A stretch of 63,606 bases of DNA, counting the filler, from Octopus bimaculoides (lineage: Eukaryota), in assembly GCF_001194135.2 (NCBI RefSeq). It is 6 parts of 5 records of this genome, joined end to end, with 100 filler letters (N's around TTAATTAATTAA, not from the genome) between each part and the next. Parts side by side here need not be neighbours in the genome. Positions count along the whole stretch, not along the records: positions 61,310 to 63,606 come from NC_069002.1; 5 more parts are not named here. One strand, written 5' to 3'. Positions 62,557 to 63,606 of the stretch are shown in pieces (position 1 is the first letter of the stretch; every line of letters begins with the position of its first letter). Both the position numbers and the translations under genes were made by a program. Under the pieces are notes generated by a model. That model made no database searches. It was not told the DNA's origin and was given only the letters and a program-made list of their open reading frames with translations.

Positions 62557-63030
62557 GAAAATGGTAATGCAAAGATCCTATGGGATTTTCTGATGTATTG
62601 CGGCCATGAGATAAAGAATAGGAAACCAGACATAGTGTTAATTGGGAAAGAAAGCAGACGATGATGGATCATTGATATAGCATACCCAGCTGACAACAAG
62701 GTATGCGATAAAGAAGAAAGAAAAGTCGATAGATATGACAGGTTAACTTGGGAGCTTAAGCAGTTGTGGTCACTGAAAAAGGTGGTAGTAGCACTAATAA
62801 TTGTCCGAGCCCTGGGAACAGCGAATAAAAACCTTGAGAAGTACATGGAATAAATTGGGACTGCAAAAAGGGTGGAGCACTTGCAGAAAACAGCATTGCT
62901 TGGAACCACTCGAATACTCCAGAAGGTGCTCGAAAAATAAGAGGTGTTCACTGGTAGTGAACAGCTGACACTGTCGTACACATCCAGCGTTAGAAGCTGT
63001 GCAAAGGCAATAATAATTACAATAATAATG
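62557..63030 (+). mobile_element. R4/Dong-like LINE 3' end: RLE endonuclease, ending in degenerate (AAT)n
   Basis: ENGNAKILWDF...RKPDIVLIGKESRRWWIIDIAYPAD...KEERKVDRY...EHLQKTALLGTTRILQKVLEK*, the PD..D..K motif. Confidence 0.9.
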
Positions 63031-63173
63031 ATACATACATACATACACACATACAGTCATATCCATACACACACGCATACACTCACATACACGCACACAC
63101 GAATACACACATATGCACGCACACACACACACATACATATACACACACTCACTCTCTATCTCATTCACACACA

Positions 63174-63240
<67 letters not shown>

Positions 63241-63412
63241 ATCATACAGAAAACTGATAAAAAAAAATCAATAGCTAAAATCTATATTGGAAAATATACT
63301 GGACGATCTTTTTAGCTAATTACACAAAAGTTAGTTAAGCATGATGTATGAGACAAAAAGTAAAAGCAAAAATCAACAAACAACAACAACAACAATAACG
63401 ATGATGATGATG

Positions 63413-63485
<73 letters not shown>

Positions 63486-63514
63486 CAACAATGATAATGA
63501 TGATGATGAGGAGG

Positions 63515-63606
63515 AGGAGGAAAAAGACCCGAAATTGGGGCCGCGGAGACTTGTCGATTACATCGACCCCAGTGTTTCACTGGTACTTAATTTATCGACC
63601 CTGAAA
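63515..63606 (-). mobile_element. SINE family B 3' part, cut by the window end, with a long trinucleotide tail (63374-63520)
   Basis: GTCGATTACATCGACCCCAGTGTTTCACTGGTACTTAATTTATCGACCC matches 16395-16445. Confidence 0.8.

Overview
AT-rich, microsatellite-saturated eukaryotic DNA. The SINE families and repeat make-up point to an octopus or related coleoid cephalopod; this is inferred from recalled repeat families, not from a search. The window is not one proven continuous sequence. Five identical 100-bp spacers (44 N + TTAATTAATTAA + 44 N, stops in all six frames) join six segments, and there are many other N gaps. Host genes: three internal coding exons of MAK16 on + (21182-21265, 27465-27519, 28969-29043), which splice in frame, with the 5' and 3' exons not found. 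There is also an intronless 319-aa orphan ORF (46167-47126, +) and one weak candidate minus-strand exon (44774-44855). The rest is mostly transposon debris: several tRNA-derived SINE families, R4/Dong-like RLE LINE fragments tied to (TAA)n, Tx1-like LINE pieces next to (GATA)n, an RTE-like fragment, a shrunken Gypsy element with two LTR-like repeats, Tc1, mariner, maT-like and hAT remnants, and fold-back MITE-like elements. Best leads: the orphan ORF; apparent microsatellite targeting by RLE and Tx1-like LINEs; a 5'-inverted RLE LINE with a fold-back junction; a CpG-decay domain (16.7-45.8 kb) read from SINE copies; and a cryptic stop-first exon in a MAK16 intron. I cannot support a clearly new biological system. 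No CRISPR array, rRNA or true tRNA gene was seen. Repeat boundaries and identity values are by-eye estimates.
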